From: an uncultured Lachnospiraceae bacterium
Lineage (GTDB): Bacteria > Bacillota > Clostridia > Oscillospirales > CAG-272
Length of the DNA: 49,842 nt
Assembly: GCA_964456045.1 (NCBI GenBank)
Contig: CAYWAD010000002.1
Coordinates: forward strand, 1-49,842
Direction of reading: 5' to 3'
Below the pieces are notes generated by a model. That model saw only the letters and a program-made list of their open reading frames with translations, was not told the origin of the DNA and ran no database searches. Position numbers and translations under genes: made by a program. Below are positions 20,001 through 29,065 of the stretch, one piece after another. How positions within the stretch are numbered: position 1 is the stretch's first letter; each line of letters opens with the position of its first letter.

Positions 20001-20033
20001 CGGGAGACTCGGCTTTGAGTCTCCCGATTTTTT
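20001..20033 (+). terminator. Rho-independent terminator after the small ORF
   Basis: 10-bp stem CGGGAGACTC / GAGTCTCCCG with a 6-nt loop, then ATTTTTT. Confidence 0.85.
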
Positions 20034-20164
20034 CGAAAATGTCGGAAATTCGGTCGCTTTTATCGAAAACAAACGATAATTGCGATTGATTTATTACCCG
20101 TAAAATGATAAAATATAAGTTACGGTGAAAACCGTAATACATATAAAACAAGGACAACGAGCTT

Positions 20165-20653
20165 ATGGATCGCGTTTCAAAAACAGAATATTACCTTGAC
20201 ATAGCTCAGACGGTCTCCGAAAGAAGTACCTGTCTGAGAAAAAGATACGGTGCCATCATCGTAAAAAATGACGTAATTGTTTCAACCGGATATAACGGCT
20301 CTCCTCGCGGACGTAAGAACTGCACAGATATAGGAACCTGCCAGCGTGAAAAGCTCGGAATTCCACGCGGCGAGCGCTATGAACTTTGCAGAAGCGTACA
20401 CGCCGAGGCGAACGCCATCATCGCAGCTCCGCGTGATCAGATGCTCGGCTCTACGATCTACATCTGCTGCACGGATCCTGCGGACGGAAGCGTCGTAGGT
20501 GGCACTTCAAGCTGCATGATGTGCAAACGTCTCATCCTCAACGCAGGCATAAAAACCGTCGTGATCAGGGATTCCGTCGGCACCCACAGAGAGATCGAAA
20601 CCGTTGAATGGATCGAAAACGACGATTCACTCTCCGGCGTTTTCGGATATTAA
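20165..20653 (+). CDS. comEB: dCMP deaminase (ComEB-type cytidine/deoxycytidylate deaminase)
   Basis: 162 aa; zinc motifs VHAEANAI and SSCMMCKRL. Confidence 0.85.
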   Translation: MDRVSKTEYYLDIAQTVSERSTCLRKRYGAIIVKNDVIVSTGYNGSPRGRKNCTDIGTCQREKLGIPRGERYELCRSVHAEANAIIAAPRDQMLGSTIYICCTDPADGSVVGGTSSCMMCKRLILNAGIKTVVIRDSVGTHREIETVEWIENDDSLSGVFGY

Positions 20654-20654
20654 A

Positions 20655-21134
20655 ATGAGTCCGAATTTTCGAGTAGTCCTGCAAAATTCCATATCAGACA
20701 CGCAAGCGGACGAGCTAATGTTCGCGGAAGCGGAATGCTTCGGCACAAAAAACGCTTGGTCGCGTGCGTCGATCGTCGAATACGCGGAAAACGACTGCAA
20801 TCACTTTGTACTTGCTTACGCTGATAACGCGCTCGTAGGATACGCGTTCGTCTCCGTTTTGTTTGACGAAGCGGAGCTTGCAAACATCGCGGTTTTACCC
20901 ATTGCGCGTCGCAACGGCATTGCAAAAGCTATGCTGAAAAGCCTTGTTTCCGAGCTGAAAAGTTCGGACGTACAAAAGCTTCACCTCGAAGTTCGCGAGA
21001 GCAACGTTCCTGCGCGCGCACTTTACGAGTCGTTCGGCTTTTCGATCGACTGCAAACGCAAAGGTTACTACTCCGAGCCTCGCGAGGACGCAATCTTAAT
21101 GACACTGAATTTTAACGAAATCAAAGAAGACTGA
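20655..21134 (+). CDS. rimI: Ribosomal-protein-alanine N-acetyltransferase (GNAT)
   Basis: Start at ATG 20655, just after the comEB stop. GNAT motif IAVLPIARRNGIAKAML. It lies immediately upstream of tsaD, as is typical. Confidence 0.75.
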   Translation: MSPNFRVVLQNSISDTQADELMFAEAECFGTKNAWSRASIVEYAENDCNHFVLAYADNALVGYAFVSVLFDEAELANIAVLPIARRNGIAKAMLKSLVSELKSSDVQKLHLEVRESNVPARALYESFGFSIDCKRKGYYSEPREDAILMTLNFNEIKED

Positions 21135-21136
21135 AA

Positions 21137-22144
21137 ATGATTATACTTGCACTTGAAAGCTCCTGCGACGAAACCTCCGCCGCAGTTGTCAAAATGAGCG
21201 AAAACTCGCGCGAGATTCTTTCAAACGAGATCGCATCGCAAATTGAAATACATCGTCGCTTCGGCGGCGTCGTTCCCGAAGTTGCCGGTCGAGCACACAT
21301 TGAAATCATCGCAAAACTCACTCACGAGGCGCTCGCGAATGCGAACGTCACGCTTGATGAAGTCGATGCCATCGGCGTAACGAACACACCCGGTCTGATC
21401 GGCGCACTTCTCGTCGGCGTGAATTTCGCGAAATCGCTCGCGTATTCGTCCGGCAAGCCGCTCGTACCGGTGAATCACATTCGCGGTCACATCGCTGCCG
21501 CGTACCTCACGCATCCCGAACTGAAGCCGCCCTTCCTCGCAATGGTTGCCTCCGGCGGTCACACAAGCATTATCGCCGTCCGCTCCTACACCGACTTTGA
21601 GGAGATCGGATACACTCGCGACGATGCCGCAGGCGAAGCCTTCGACAAAGCCGCGCGCGTCATAGGTATTCCCTATCCCGGCGGCGCCGAAATGGACAGG
21701 CTTGCATGCCTCGGAAATAAAAACGCAATAAAGCTTCCCTCACCCGCGATCCACGGAGACGCGGTCGAATTTTCGTTTTCCGGCTTAAAAACCGCCGTAA
21801 TAAACTACGTCAACACGGCGAAAATGAAGGGCGAGGACGTTTGCAGAGAAGACATCGCCGCATCCTTTACCGCTGCGGTTTGCGATGCCATTACGGAAAA
21901 GCTCGCGCTCGCTCTTGACAAAACCGGTCTTGACAAGATCGTGCTTGCCGGCGGCGTTGCGGCAAACTCGCATTTGCGTGCTGCCGTTTCGGAGCTTGCG
22001 GAAAAGCGCGGAATCACATTCTATGTGCCCTCAAGATCGCTGTGCGGCGACAACGGCGCAATGATCGGCGCACAGGCGTACTACGATTATCTATCCGGTG
22101 TTCGCGCGGACACGGATTTGAACGCTCGCGCGACCGGCGAATGA
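21137..22144 (+). CDS. tsaD: tRNA N6-adenosine threonylcarbamoyltransferase
   Basis: 335 aa; MIILALESSCDETSAAVV...; Kae1/TsaD His motif NHIRGHI. Confidence 0.95.
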   Translation: MIILALESSCDETSAAVVKMSENSREILSNEIASQIEIHRRFGGVVPEVAGRAHIEIIAKLTHEALANANVTLDEVDAIGVTNTPGLIGALLVGVNFAKSLAYSSGKPLVPVNHIRGHIAAAYLTHPELKPPFLAMVASGGHTSIIAVRSYTDFEEIGYTRDDAAGEAFDKAARVIGIPYPGGAEMDRLACLGNKNAIKLPSPAIHGDAVEFSFSGLKTAVINYVNTAKMKGEDVCREDIAASFTAAVCDAITEKLALALDKTGLDKIVLAGGVAANSHLRAAVSELAEKRGITFYVPSRSLCGDNGAMIGAQAYYDYLSGVRADTDLNARATGE

Positions 22145-22273
22145 TCCCAAGCACATCGAAAAGCATTTTGCGACAGGGACGCACATGCTTGTCTCTAAAA
22201 AAATCTTTTTTGACAATAAATTCTGCGATTGTTTGCAGAAAAAGCGGTTTAGACAGCGAAATTTACGCTTGTC

Positions 22274-22303
22274 TGTGGAAAACTCTGTTGAAAATGTGGA
22301 AAA
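22274..22303. promoter_or_regulatory. Cluster of DnaA-box-like 9-mers upstream of the dnaD/dnaI-like operon
   Basis: TGTGGAAAA at 22274-22282 and again at 22295-22303 (both fit TGTGNAWAA, the complement of TTWTNCACA). TGTTGAAAA at 22287-22295 has one mismatch. Confidence 0.4.
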
Positions 22304-22356
22304 TTATGGAATCGGCGCAAAACCCGAAGAATCGTTTCGCAATTTAAGGAGATTAT

Positions 22357-23274
22357 GTGAAAATACGCATCGAATATAAAAACGGAATATTGAACATTCC
22401 AGCCGCCGTGATCGACAATCTCGTCGGTGCAACAAAAACAGACCTCGCGCTGATTATGTTGCTTGCAAAGGATCCGTCTGTGTGTGAATCACTTGAAACA
22501 AAAACACAGGAGCTTGCGGAAAAGCTCGGCACAGACCGCGACGACATAAAATCCGCAATCGCGTTTTGGCGCGGTGCAGGTGTGCTCGCTGTTGAAGACA
22601 AACGGGACGAAAGACGTGTCGCTCCGAAACGTGAAATTCCGCCGCTTTCCGCGTCGGATGTTGAGCGAATGTCAAAGGAAGCTCCGGAGCGTCTTTCCTT
22701 GCTCGATGCTTGCTCGCAAACGCTCGGTCACATACTGAATTCTTCCGAAAGCTCATGTCTTTTGGCTCTGCGTGACTATCTCGGAGTTGAGGACGAGTAC
22801 ATATTGCTCGTCGCGGCGTATTGCGCCAGAAAGGGCAAGAAAAACGTAAAATACATTGAAAAAACAGCGCTTTCAATATACGATAACGAAATTGAAAGCA
22901 TACTTGCGCTTGAGGAATATCTGTTCAAGCTTGAAACGAAGGACGAATTCGAGAATCGCTTGCGCCGCCTGCTCGGTGTGGGGGCTCGAACTTTCACAAA
23001 AGCGGAACGCGAACGCTTTGATCGTTGGCAAAACACATTCGGCTTCGGATTTGACTTGATTGAGCTTGCATACGAAAAAACCGCAAACGCAACAGGCACG
23101 GCATCTGTCGCTTACATGGATAAGATACTTTCCTCGTGGAACGAAAAGGGGATCAAAACTCCCGACGACGTTGCCGCATGCGACGCAGAAAAGAAAAGTA
23201 TCGAAAGCAGTTTCGACACTGACGACTTTTTCAGCATGGCTGTCAAGCGCGGCCTCAAAACCGATCAACAATAA
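22357..23274 (+). CDS. DnaD-domain replication initiation / helicase-loading accessory protein
   Basis: GTG 22357 lies 5 nt after AAGGAG. 305 aa with a DnaD/DnaB-2-like repeat region (..YILLVAAYCARKGKKNVKYIEKTA.., ..AYMDKILSSWNEKGIKT). Confidence 0.75.
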   Translation: MKIRIEYKNGILNIPAAVIDNLVGATKTDLALIMLLAKDPSVCESLETKTQELAEKLGTDRDDIKSAIAFWRGAGVLAVEDKRDERRVAPKREIPPLSASDVERMSKEAPERLSLLDACSQTLGHILNSSESSCLLALRDYLGVEDEYILLVAAYCARKGKKNVKYIEKTALSIYDNEIESILALEEYLFKLETKDEFENRLRRLLGVGARTFTKAERERFDRWQNTFGFGFDLIELAYEKTANATGTASVAYMDKILSSWNEKGIKTPDDVAACDAEKKSIESSFDTDDFFSMAVKRGLKTDQQ

Positions 23275-23292
23275 CACACACGGAGTATTTTT

Positions 23293-24264
23293 ATGAGTTA
23301 CAGACGTGAAGATTACTTGAAAGCGAACGCGGTTCTTACGGAGCGCAAGCTCGCGGCTGAGGCTTCTGCCTCAAAACGCCTCTCCGACATTTACGGTAAA
23401 ATCCCCGAAATAAAGGCAATCGACACCGAACTTGCCGGCACCGAAAGGAAAATAATCAATGCAATTTGCCTTGGCCCCGACGGGATAAAGGAACGTATGA
23501 ACGCGCTTGAAGCCGAAAGCATTGTGCTTTCCGAAAAAAGAAGCGCCCTATTAGTCGAAAACGGCTACCCTGCGGACTACACGGAGCCGAAATATTTCTG
23601 TCCCGAATGCGGCGACACCGGCTACGTAAAAGAAAAAATGTGCGTTTGCAAGAAGCGTGCGCTGATTATGGCAGGCTACGAAAGCTCCGGTATCGGCGCA
23701 CTTATGAAAACGCAAACTTTCGATTCATTCTCCCTCGATTATTATTCCGGTGACGCGCTCACAAGAGCGAAAAACAATTATGCAACAACAAAAAAATTCG
23801 CGGAAAGCTTCACCGGAAACGGCGATGGAAACCTGCTTTTCGCAGGCGCGACAGGTCTCGGCAAAACGCATCTGTCAACGTCGATCGCGGTAGCGGTCAT
23901 TGAACGCGGCTTTGACGTGAAATACGAAACCGCGCAAAATCTCATCGGCGATTTCGAGGACAAGCAATTCAGAAGTTCATATTCCAACGTCGATGCGGAT
24001 CCAACGGAACGCTATTTTGACTGCGATCTTTTGATAATCGACGATCTCGGCACGGAAATGACCAATCAGTTCACAATCTCGTGCCTTTACAATCTCATCA
24101 ATTCGCGAATCAACCGCGGCAAGGCAATGATAATCAACACGAATCTTTCCTCTGTCGAGTTGCGTAATCGCTATTCGGACAGAATCACAAGCCGTCTTTT
24201 CGGCGAATTTGCCGTGCTGCTCTTTGAGGGTAAGGACATCCGCGCCACGAAGCTAAAAAAATAA
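23293..24264 (+). CDS. DnaC/DnaI-type helicase-loader AAA+ ATPase
   Basis: 323 aa; zinc-binding CPECGDTGY..C.C; Walker A GATGLGKTHL; Walker B LLIIDDLG. Confidence 0.85.
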   Translation: MSYRREDYLKANAVLTERKLAAEASASKRLSDIYGKIPEIKAIDTELAGTERKIINAICLGPDGIKERMNALEAESIVLSEKRSALLVENGYPADYTEPKYFCPECGDTGYVKEKMCVCKKRALIMAGYESSGIGALMKTQTFDSFSLDYYSGDALTRAKNNYATTKKFAESFTGNGDGNLLFAGATGLGKTHLSTSIAVAVIERGFDVKYETAQNLIGDFEDKQFRSSYSNVDADPTERYFDCDLLIIDDLGTEMTNQFTISCLYNLINSRINRGKAMIINTNLSSVELRNRYSDRITSRLFGEFAVLLFEGKDIRATKLKK

Positions 24265-24271
24265 ATACAAC

Positions 24272-24313
24272 AAAAACCTCCCGGCAGAAACGTGAACCGC
24301 CGCGGAGGTTTTT
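24272..24313. terminator. Bidirectional hairpin terminator between convergent genes
   Basis: AAAAACCTCC / GGAGGTTTTT stem extended by CGGC/GCCG. A/T tracts flank both sides. Confidence 0.6.
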
Positions 24314-24321
24314 CTACAATT

Positions 24322-25059
24322 TTATCCTTTACGAAGCTTTTGCACCGCTTCGCATTCGGAAACGCCGAGATATTCAAGCGCATCCTCGATTATTTCGTTT
24401 TCGTCCGCGCATACGGCTTTGCCGTAGTCAAAAACGGACATAAGGCGTTCGGAAAAAGCGTTCGCGCAAAAACGTGAGTTCGGCAATCCGTGGAAATCCG
24501 AACCTGCCGTGCGGTGAAGCTCGTAATGAGTTGCGTAAAAATTGCTCAGCTCCGAATCCTTCGGCGTTTTGTTTACCGTGCAATTATAGACCTCGGCAGC
24601 GTCCGTCAATCGTGGGAACAAGCGCAAAAACGGCACCCACTGCGCCTCCCTGAACGGATGCGCCTGCGAAAGAAACGCGCCTGCATCGTGCGCGCGGCAA
24701 CAATATTCGTTCACACTCCAACGGCACACGTCGGGATTTGCAAGGAGCCATTCCTTGTCGAGACCGTAAGTCAGGATTTCCGAACCGCCGTGACAATATT
24801 CCCAACCGAAAAACACATCCAAACCGACCTCGTCGCCGCGTTTTTTCGCGCTCTCGTATCCGACGAAGAAACGCTCGACTCTCTCCTCCCACGGAAGCTC
24901 GCGTGGGACGGCGCAGTTTCCGTTAAAGAAATGGTCAGTGACGATTATACCCGTATAGCCGAGCGCTTTATAAAAATCAACCGCATCCGCTCCCTTTATG
25001 CGAGAACAAGCACTACCCTCGGACGTATGTAAATGTGCTTCATACAAATATTTCTTCAT
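24322..25059 (-). CDS. PHP-domain metal-dependent phosphoesterase
   Basis: 245 aa; the N-terminal EAHLHTSEGS motif and a later TDH.. and SDFHG are typical of the PHP fold. It overlaps the nuclease gene by 20 nt. Confidence 0.75.
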   Translation of the reverse strand: MKKYLYEAHLHTSEGSACSRIKGADAVDFYKALGYTGIIVTDHFFNGNCAVPRELPWEERVERFFVGYESAKKRGDEVGLDVFFGWEYCHGGSEILTYGLDKEWLLANPDVCRWSVNEYCCRAHDAGAFLSQAHPFREAQWVPFLRLFPRLTDAAEVYNCTVNKTPKDSELSNFYATHYELHRTAGSDFHGLPNSRFCANAFSERLMSVFDYGKAVCADENEIIEDALEYLGVSECEAVQKLRKG

Positions 25060-25858
25060 ACTTCGCCTCGTAAAAACTCAAATCCCCTGTGACAACATAG
25101 TCGGGATCTTCTTCGCTTTCACCCGTTTGATAATCTATAATGATTCCGGGCTGGACGTTATAAACATAGACATTGAACATTATCCCCTCACCGTCATCCT
25201 CAACGGACTTCGCTTCGAGAATAACTCCGCGCGCAATAAGTTCATCTCCCTCGAAAACTGGAGTCACTTTATAAACGACATGATTGCACGTTTCTTTCAC
25301 ATAGTCCGCGATCATATTTTCAAACGGAAGCATTCCGGTAACATTAAGATAGCGCGTGCCGGTGATGAGATTCTTCTCATTCGCGTTTTCACCCGTAAGC
25401 TGATAGCCGATAAGATGACAACGATTATAAAGGTTACCTCCGGGAACGACATCATAGCTGACGCTGTGCCAACCTGTGGGGTGGATCTGACTGATGTTTC
25501 CTCTTTCCTCGGTCGGCATAAGATCCTGACCGACAGACGCAATCGCAACGCCGCATCTGCCAAGCTCGTCCAAATCCGAATAATATTCATACGATTCGGC
25601 GGAAAATTCCTCGTCGGTGAAAACGGGGATGTTGCCGTTCAGCTCGCAATACGGCTCGCCGGAATATTCGGGAATCTCGTCGGAACCGTTTTCGACAGGG
25701 ACATTCGATTCATGCAAAGAATCGGCAGGTGTCGGGTTAGACTGAAACGAAGCGTTCGACAAGTAAAAATATGCCAAAAGCGCCAAAACCACAAGGATTA
25801 TGACCGAAAGGACGGGATTTTTCTTAAAAGCACGCTCAAATTGTCTGTTTTTTCTCAT
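25040..25858 (-). CDS. Membrane-anchored secreted DNA/RNA non-specific endonuclease (NucA / DNA-entry-nuclease-like)
   Basis: 272 aa; N-terminal TM VLSVIILVVLALLAYFYL; catalytic-core-like NRCHLIGYQLTGENANEKNLITGTRYLN. Confidence 0.75.
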   Translation of the reverse strand: MRKNRQFERAFKKNPVLSVIILVVLALLAYFYLSNASFQSNPTPADSLHESNVPVENGSDEIPEYSGEPYCELNGNIPVFTDEEFSAESYEYYSDLDELGRCGVAIASVGQDLMPTEERGNISQIHPTGWHSVSYDVVPGGNLYNRCHLIGYQLTGENANEKNLITGTRYLNVTGMLPFENMIADYVKETCNHVVYKVTPVFEGDELIARGVILEAKSVEDDGEGIMFNVYVYNVQPGIIIDYQTGESEEDPDYVVTGDLSFYEAKYEEIFV

Positions 25859-26265
25859 CTGTAGGTTTCCTCCGTTATTTTTTCGTGGGAGCTTCCGACA
25901 AATTCGTCGCTTGCGATAAGCTTTCGCCCTGCGAGCAGCTCCTTAGGGAACTTCACGCTTGACGGATACGTGCGATTCCACTTATAAAGCGTGATCGTTT
26001 CGATCTTTTCGGAATAGGGCAAAAGCTCGACATTTTCCACGAAGCACACGTCTCCGTCGCTTGCTATGTCGAGGAAGTTTTCGTCCGTAAAAATCTCGTT
26101 TGCTCCCTCGTCCTCGGAAAATTGACCGAAGGAATAGCTGTTCATTCGAAAGTTTCTGCCGTTAAGCCCGGAAAGAACACGCGCGCGAAGCACGCTGTCC
26201 TTGCTTTGGCGTCTTTTATTGAAAAGCATTCCGCCGTTATCGTCAACACACACAATAATATGCAT
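25855..26265 (-). CDS. Hypothetical 136-aa protein (possibly a DHFR-like fold), translationally coupled to the nuclease gene
   Basis: MHIIVCVDDNGGMLFNKRRQSKD... Its stop overlaps the nuclease start as ATGA (25855-25858). The function call is weak. Confidence 0.6.
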   Translation of the reverse strand: MHIIVCVDDNGGMLFNKRRQSKDSVLRARVLSGLNGRNFRMNSYSFGQFSEDEGANEIFTDENFLDIASDGDVCFVENVELLPYSEKIETITLYKWNRTYPSSVKFPKELLAGRKLIASDEFVGSSHEKITEETYR

Positions 26266-26329
26266 AAATCACCTCAAGCGCGAGTTTTTTCGCTTATATT
26301 GTATAACGCTAAAAAAAATTAGTCAAGCG

Positions 26330-26360
26330 CAAAAAACGGAAAAGCAAGCTGCTTTTCCGT
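26330..26360 (-). terminator. Rho-independent terminator after the 26367-26936 gene
   Basis: Stem ACGGAAAAGC / GCTTTTCCGT (26336-26345 / 26351-26360), followed on the minus strand by TTTTTT. Confidence 0.8.
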
Positions 26361-26366
26361 TTACGT

Positions 26367-26936
26367 TCAATCTTTTATTGTGCCAACGGGAGAATCGTCT
26401 CCGCGACGGCTTTTCGCATATATAAAATCGAATATTTTGACGATACGTTCCTTGGGCAAAAGGTACGCGATCAGAAGCGAGAGTGCGACGCCTGCCGCAG
26501 TGTCGAGTATACGGTTGAGCGAATATGAAACGTAGCTTTCAACGGGCTGATTGAACAGCACGATACAAAGCATAACGCCGCCGGGCTGAACAGCGCCTCT
26601 CCATTTGAAAGTGTATGCCGCAAGAATCAAAAGCAACACTCCGACGAAGACAATGGGAAGCATAAGCGCAGTAAGCTCACCGTTCGGGCAGAAAATAAGG
26701 TAAAGTCTGAAAAGCGCCATGCCGATAAAGCCGCCGAAGATCGTTCCGAACAGTCTGTTACCGCCGTTGAGTCTCGAATCTGCCATATCGCTGCCGAGTC
26801 CGAACACGGCACCGATGCAAGCGAAGGTGGGATTTCTTCCTATAATAAGATAAACAAGCGTGCAAATCGTAACGGAAATTGCCGTTTTTACGCATCTTGT
26901 ACCATGAATATTGACATGACTATTAACTGTGTTCAT
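26367..26936 (-). CDS. Integral membrane protein (short FUSC / aromatic-acid-exporter-like)
   Basis: 189 aa with ~5 TM helices. N-terminal TAISVTICTLVYLIIGR..FACIGAVFG resembles the ArAE/FUSC N-terminal module (assigned by eye). Confidence 0.6.
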   Translation of the reverse strand: MNTVNSHVNIHGTRCVKTAISVTICTLVYLIIGRNPTFACIGAVFGLGSDMADSRLNGGNRLFGTIFGGFIGMALFRLYLIFCPNGELTALMLPIVFVGVLLLILAAYTFKWRGAVQPGGVMLCIVLFNQPVESYVSYSLNRILDTAAGVALSLLIAYLLPKERIVKIFDFIYAKSRRGDDSPVGTIKD

Positions 26937-27001
26937 ACTGCTTCCTAACCGCTTCGTTCATCCTCGCAAAGCACATTTCATTTTTCAAAAAACCACATAA
27001 T

Positions 27002-27030
27002 ATTATAGCTTTTCGCGAGGTTAAGGTCAA
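27002..27030 (-). promoter_or_regulatory. Candidate sigma-A promoter (TTGACC-17-TATAAT) for the 26936 gene
   Basis: Minus strand: TTGACC (27030-27025), 17-nt spacer, TATAAT (27007-27002). Confidence 0.55.
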
Positions 27031-27100
27031 CACCAATAACTGTCAATCTTGTACAAAGAGGCCTGCGTTTTTTTGTGCAAAACAACAATGCACACTCATA

Positions 27101-27140
27101 TAAAAAGCACAAGAAAAAGCAAAAAACTTTTTCTTGTGCT
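27101..27140 (-). terminator. Rho-independent terminator after the paaK-ACT operon
   Basis: 14-bp stem AGCACAAGAAAAAG / CTTTTTCTTGTGCT with a 7-nt loop, then TTTTA on the minus strand. Confidence 0.8.
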
Positions 27141-27147
27141 TCGATTG

Positions 27148-27570
27148 TCAGAACAGCTCCGTCTGATTTACCGTTTTCACGCCTGCGCCAGCCAAAGCGG
27201 CCGCCGCGACGACATTGTCGTCAACACGGAAAATCATATACGCGCCCGATTTTGCTGATATAAACGCGTACGTATATTCGACGGCAACTCCCGCCTCGGA
27301 AAGGACTTCGAGAACTGAGGCAAGGCTACCGGGCTTATCGTCAATGGAGACGGCAAGCACCTCCGTCACAGCCACGATATATCCACCGCTTTTCAGTTCC
27401 TTTTCGGCAGAAGCCGGATCATCGCAAATTACGCGAAGGATACCGAAATCCTGCGTATCCGCGATTGATAGCGCTTTCAAATTAATGTTTTTATCGGCGA
27501 TGTACCTTGTTGCTTCCGCAAGCTTTCCGGATTTATTTTCGATAAAAACGGATATTTGTTTTAAGCTCAT
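27148..27570 (-). CDS. ACT-domain (amino-acid-binding) protein
   Basis: 140 aa with two tandem ACT-like halves (ISVFIENKSGKLAEATRYIADKNINL.. and VLAVSIDDKPGSLASVLEVLSEAGVAV). Confidence 0.8.
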   Translation of the reverse strand: MSLKQISVFIENKSGKLAEATRYIADKNINLKALSIADTQDFGILRVICDDPASAEKELKSGGYIVAVTEVLAVSIDDKPGSLASVLEVLSEAGVAVEYTYAFISAKSGAYMIFRVDDNVVAAAALAGAGVKTVNQTELF

Positions 27571-27588
27571 ATTCGCATCTCCTTTCGG

Positions 27589-28896
27589 TTAATCGTGAAG
27601 CTTTCTCTTGTCTACGACGCGAACAGCCTTACCTTCGCTTCGCTGTATCGTTTTCGGCGCGACAAGATGCACCTTCGGATTGATTCCGAGCATCGTTTTG
27701 ATCGCATCGGCAAGATCGCGCTCTTTTTGCGCGAGATATTTTACGGTATCGGAGAACTGCTCCGGCGAAAGCTCAACATAAATATCAAGCGTATCCGTAT
27801 TTTTCACGCGGTCGACCTCGATCAGATAGTTTGAAGAATATCCTTCCTTGAAAAGCACGGTTTCTATTTGCGACGGGAAGACGTTAACTCCGCGGATTAT
27901 AAGCATATCATCGCTTCTGCCCATCGGCTTGGACATTTTTACGAGAGTGCGTCCGCAGGAGCATTTTTCGCGTGTGAGGACGCATATATCGCGTGTGCGG
28001 TAGCGCAACAGCGGAAATGCTTCTTTATCAAGGCTTGTGAAAACCAGCTCGCCTTTTGAGCCTTCCGGCAGAACCTCGCCGGTTTCGGGATCTATTATCT
28101 CGGCGAGAAAATGGTCCTCGTTTATGTGCATTCCCTCCTGAGATTCGCATTCGAACGCAACGCCGGGGCCGGAAGTTTCCGTCAAGCCGTAAATATCGTA
28201 TGCTTTTATTCCGAGAGATTTTTCTATATCGCGGCGCATTTCCTCGGTCCAAGGTTCGGCGCCGAAAATACCTGCTTTAAGGTCAAGATCGTCCGACGTG
28301 AGTCCCATTTCCTTGATCGCTTCGCCTATGTACGCCGCATACGACGGGGTGCAGCAAAGGATCGTCGCGTGAAGGTCGCGCATAAACTGGATTTGGCGCT
28401 CCGTATTGCCCGACGACATCGGAAGCGTCAAACAGCCGACTTTATGCGATCCGCCGTTGAGTCCGGGGCCGCCGGTGAAAAGCCCGTAGCCGTATGCGAT
28501 TTGGCAAACATCCTCGTTTGAGCCGCCTGCGGCAACTATCGCACGCGCGCAACACTCCTCCCAAAGGTCAACGTCCTTTTGCGTATAAAACGCAACGACA
28601 CGTCTGCCCGTTGTTCCGCTTGTGGATTGTATACGAACGCAGTTTTTCAAATCCGTTCCCAAAAGTCCGTACGGATATGCATCTCGCAGATCCGCTTTCG
28701 TCAAAAACGGGAGCTTATGAAGGTCGTCCACGGACTTAATATCGTCGCACGAAACGCCTTTTGCGTCCATAAGCTTGCGGTAATATTCGACATTTTCATA
28801 TACATGCTTCACTTGCTTTACGAGCTTTTCGTTTTGGATAGCTCGCATTTCCTCGCGTGAGGCACATTCAATCTCAGACTGATAATATTTTGGCAT
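27589..28896 (-). CDS. paaK: Phenylacetate-CoA ligase
   Basis: 435 aa; AMP-binding motif STSGTTGRRVV; PaaK-like throughout (..YGLTETSGPGVAFEC..). Confidence 0.88.
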   Translation of the reverse strand: MPKYYQSEIECASREEMRAIQNEKLVKQVKHVYENVEYYRKLMDAKGVSCDDIKSVDDLHKLPFLTKADLRDAYPYGLLGTDLKNCVRIQSTSGTTGRRVVAFYTQKDVDLWEECCARAIVAAGGSNEDVCQIAYGYGLFTGGPGLNGGSHKVGCLTLPMSSGNTERQIQFMRDLHATILCCTPSYAAYIGEAIKEMGLTSDDLDLKAGIFGAEPWTEEMRRDIEKSLGIKAYDIYGLTETSGPGVAFECESQEGMHINEDHFLAEIIDPETGEVLPEGSKGELVFTSLDKEAFPLLRYRTRDICVLTREKCSCGRTLVKMSKPMGRSDDMLIIRGVNVFPSQIETVLFKEGYSSNYLIEVDRVKNTDTLDIYVELSPEQFSDTVKYLAQKERDLADAIKTMLGINPKVHLVAPKTIQRSEGKAVRVVDKRKLHD

Positions 28897-28977
28897 AAAA
28901 TCTCCGTTTGCGGCACGAAATTCGAAGTTTAATTTGCCGGTTTCGCTCCGTCACTTTTTTAAGGGGGTTATATTAAA

Positions 28978-29007
28978 ATAATACACCCAAAAAAAGAACG
29001 TTGTCAA
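28978..29007 (-). promoter_or_regulatory. Candidate promoter for paaK (TTGACA-18-TATTAT)
   Basis: Minus strand: TTGACA (29007-29002), 18-nt spacer, TATTAT (28983-28978). Confidence 0.4.
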
Positions 29008-29065
29008 CATATTTTTTCATATGAACGAATAATTATGCAAACTGCAAAAAAATTTCCGCGAAGTC

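Noticed and set aside
22185-22379. 64-aa ORF in the tsaD-dnaD intergenic region.
   Set aside because: It has no convincing SD, its sequence is basic and low-complexity, it overlaps the DnaA-box cluster, and it runs into the GTG start and SD of the DnaD-domain gene. It is more likely regulatory DNA.
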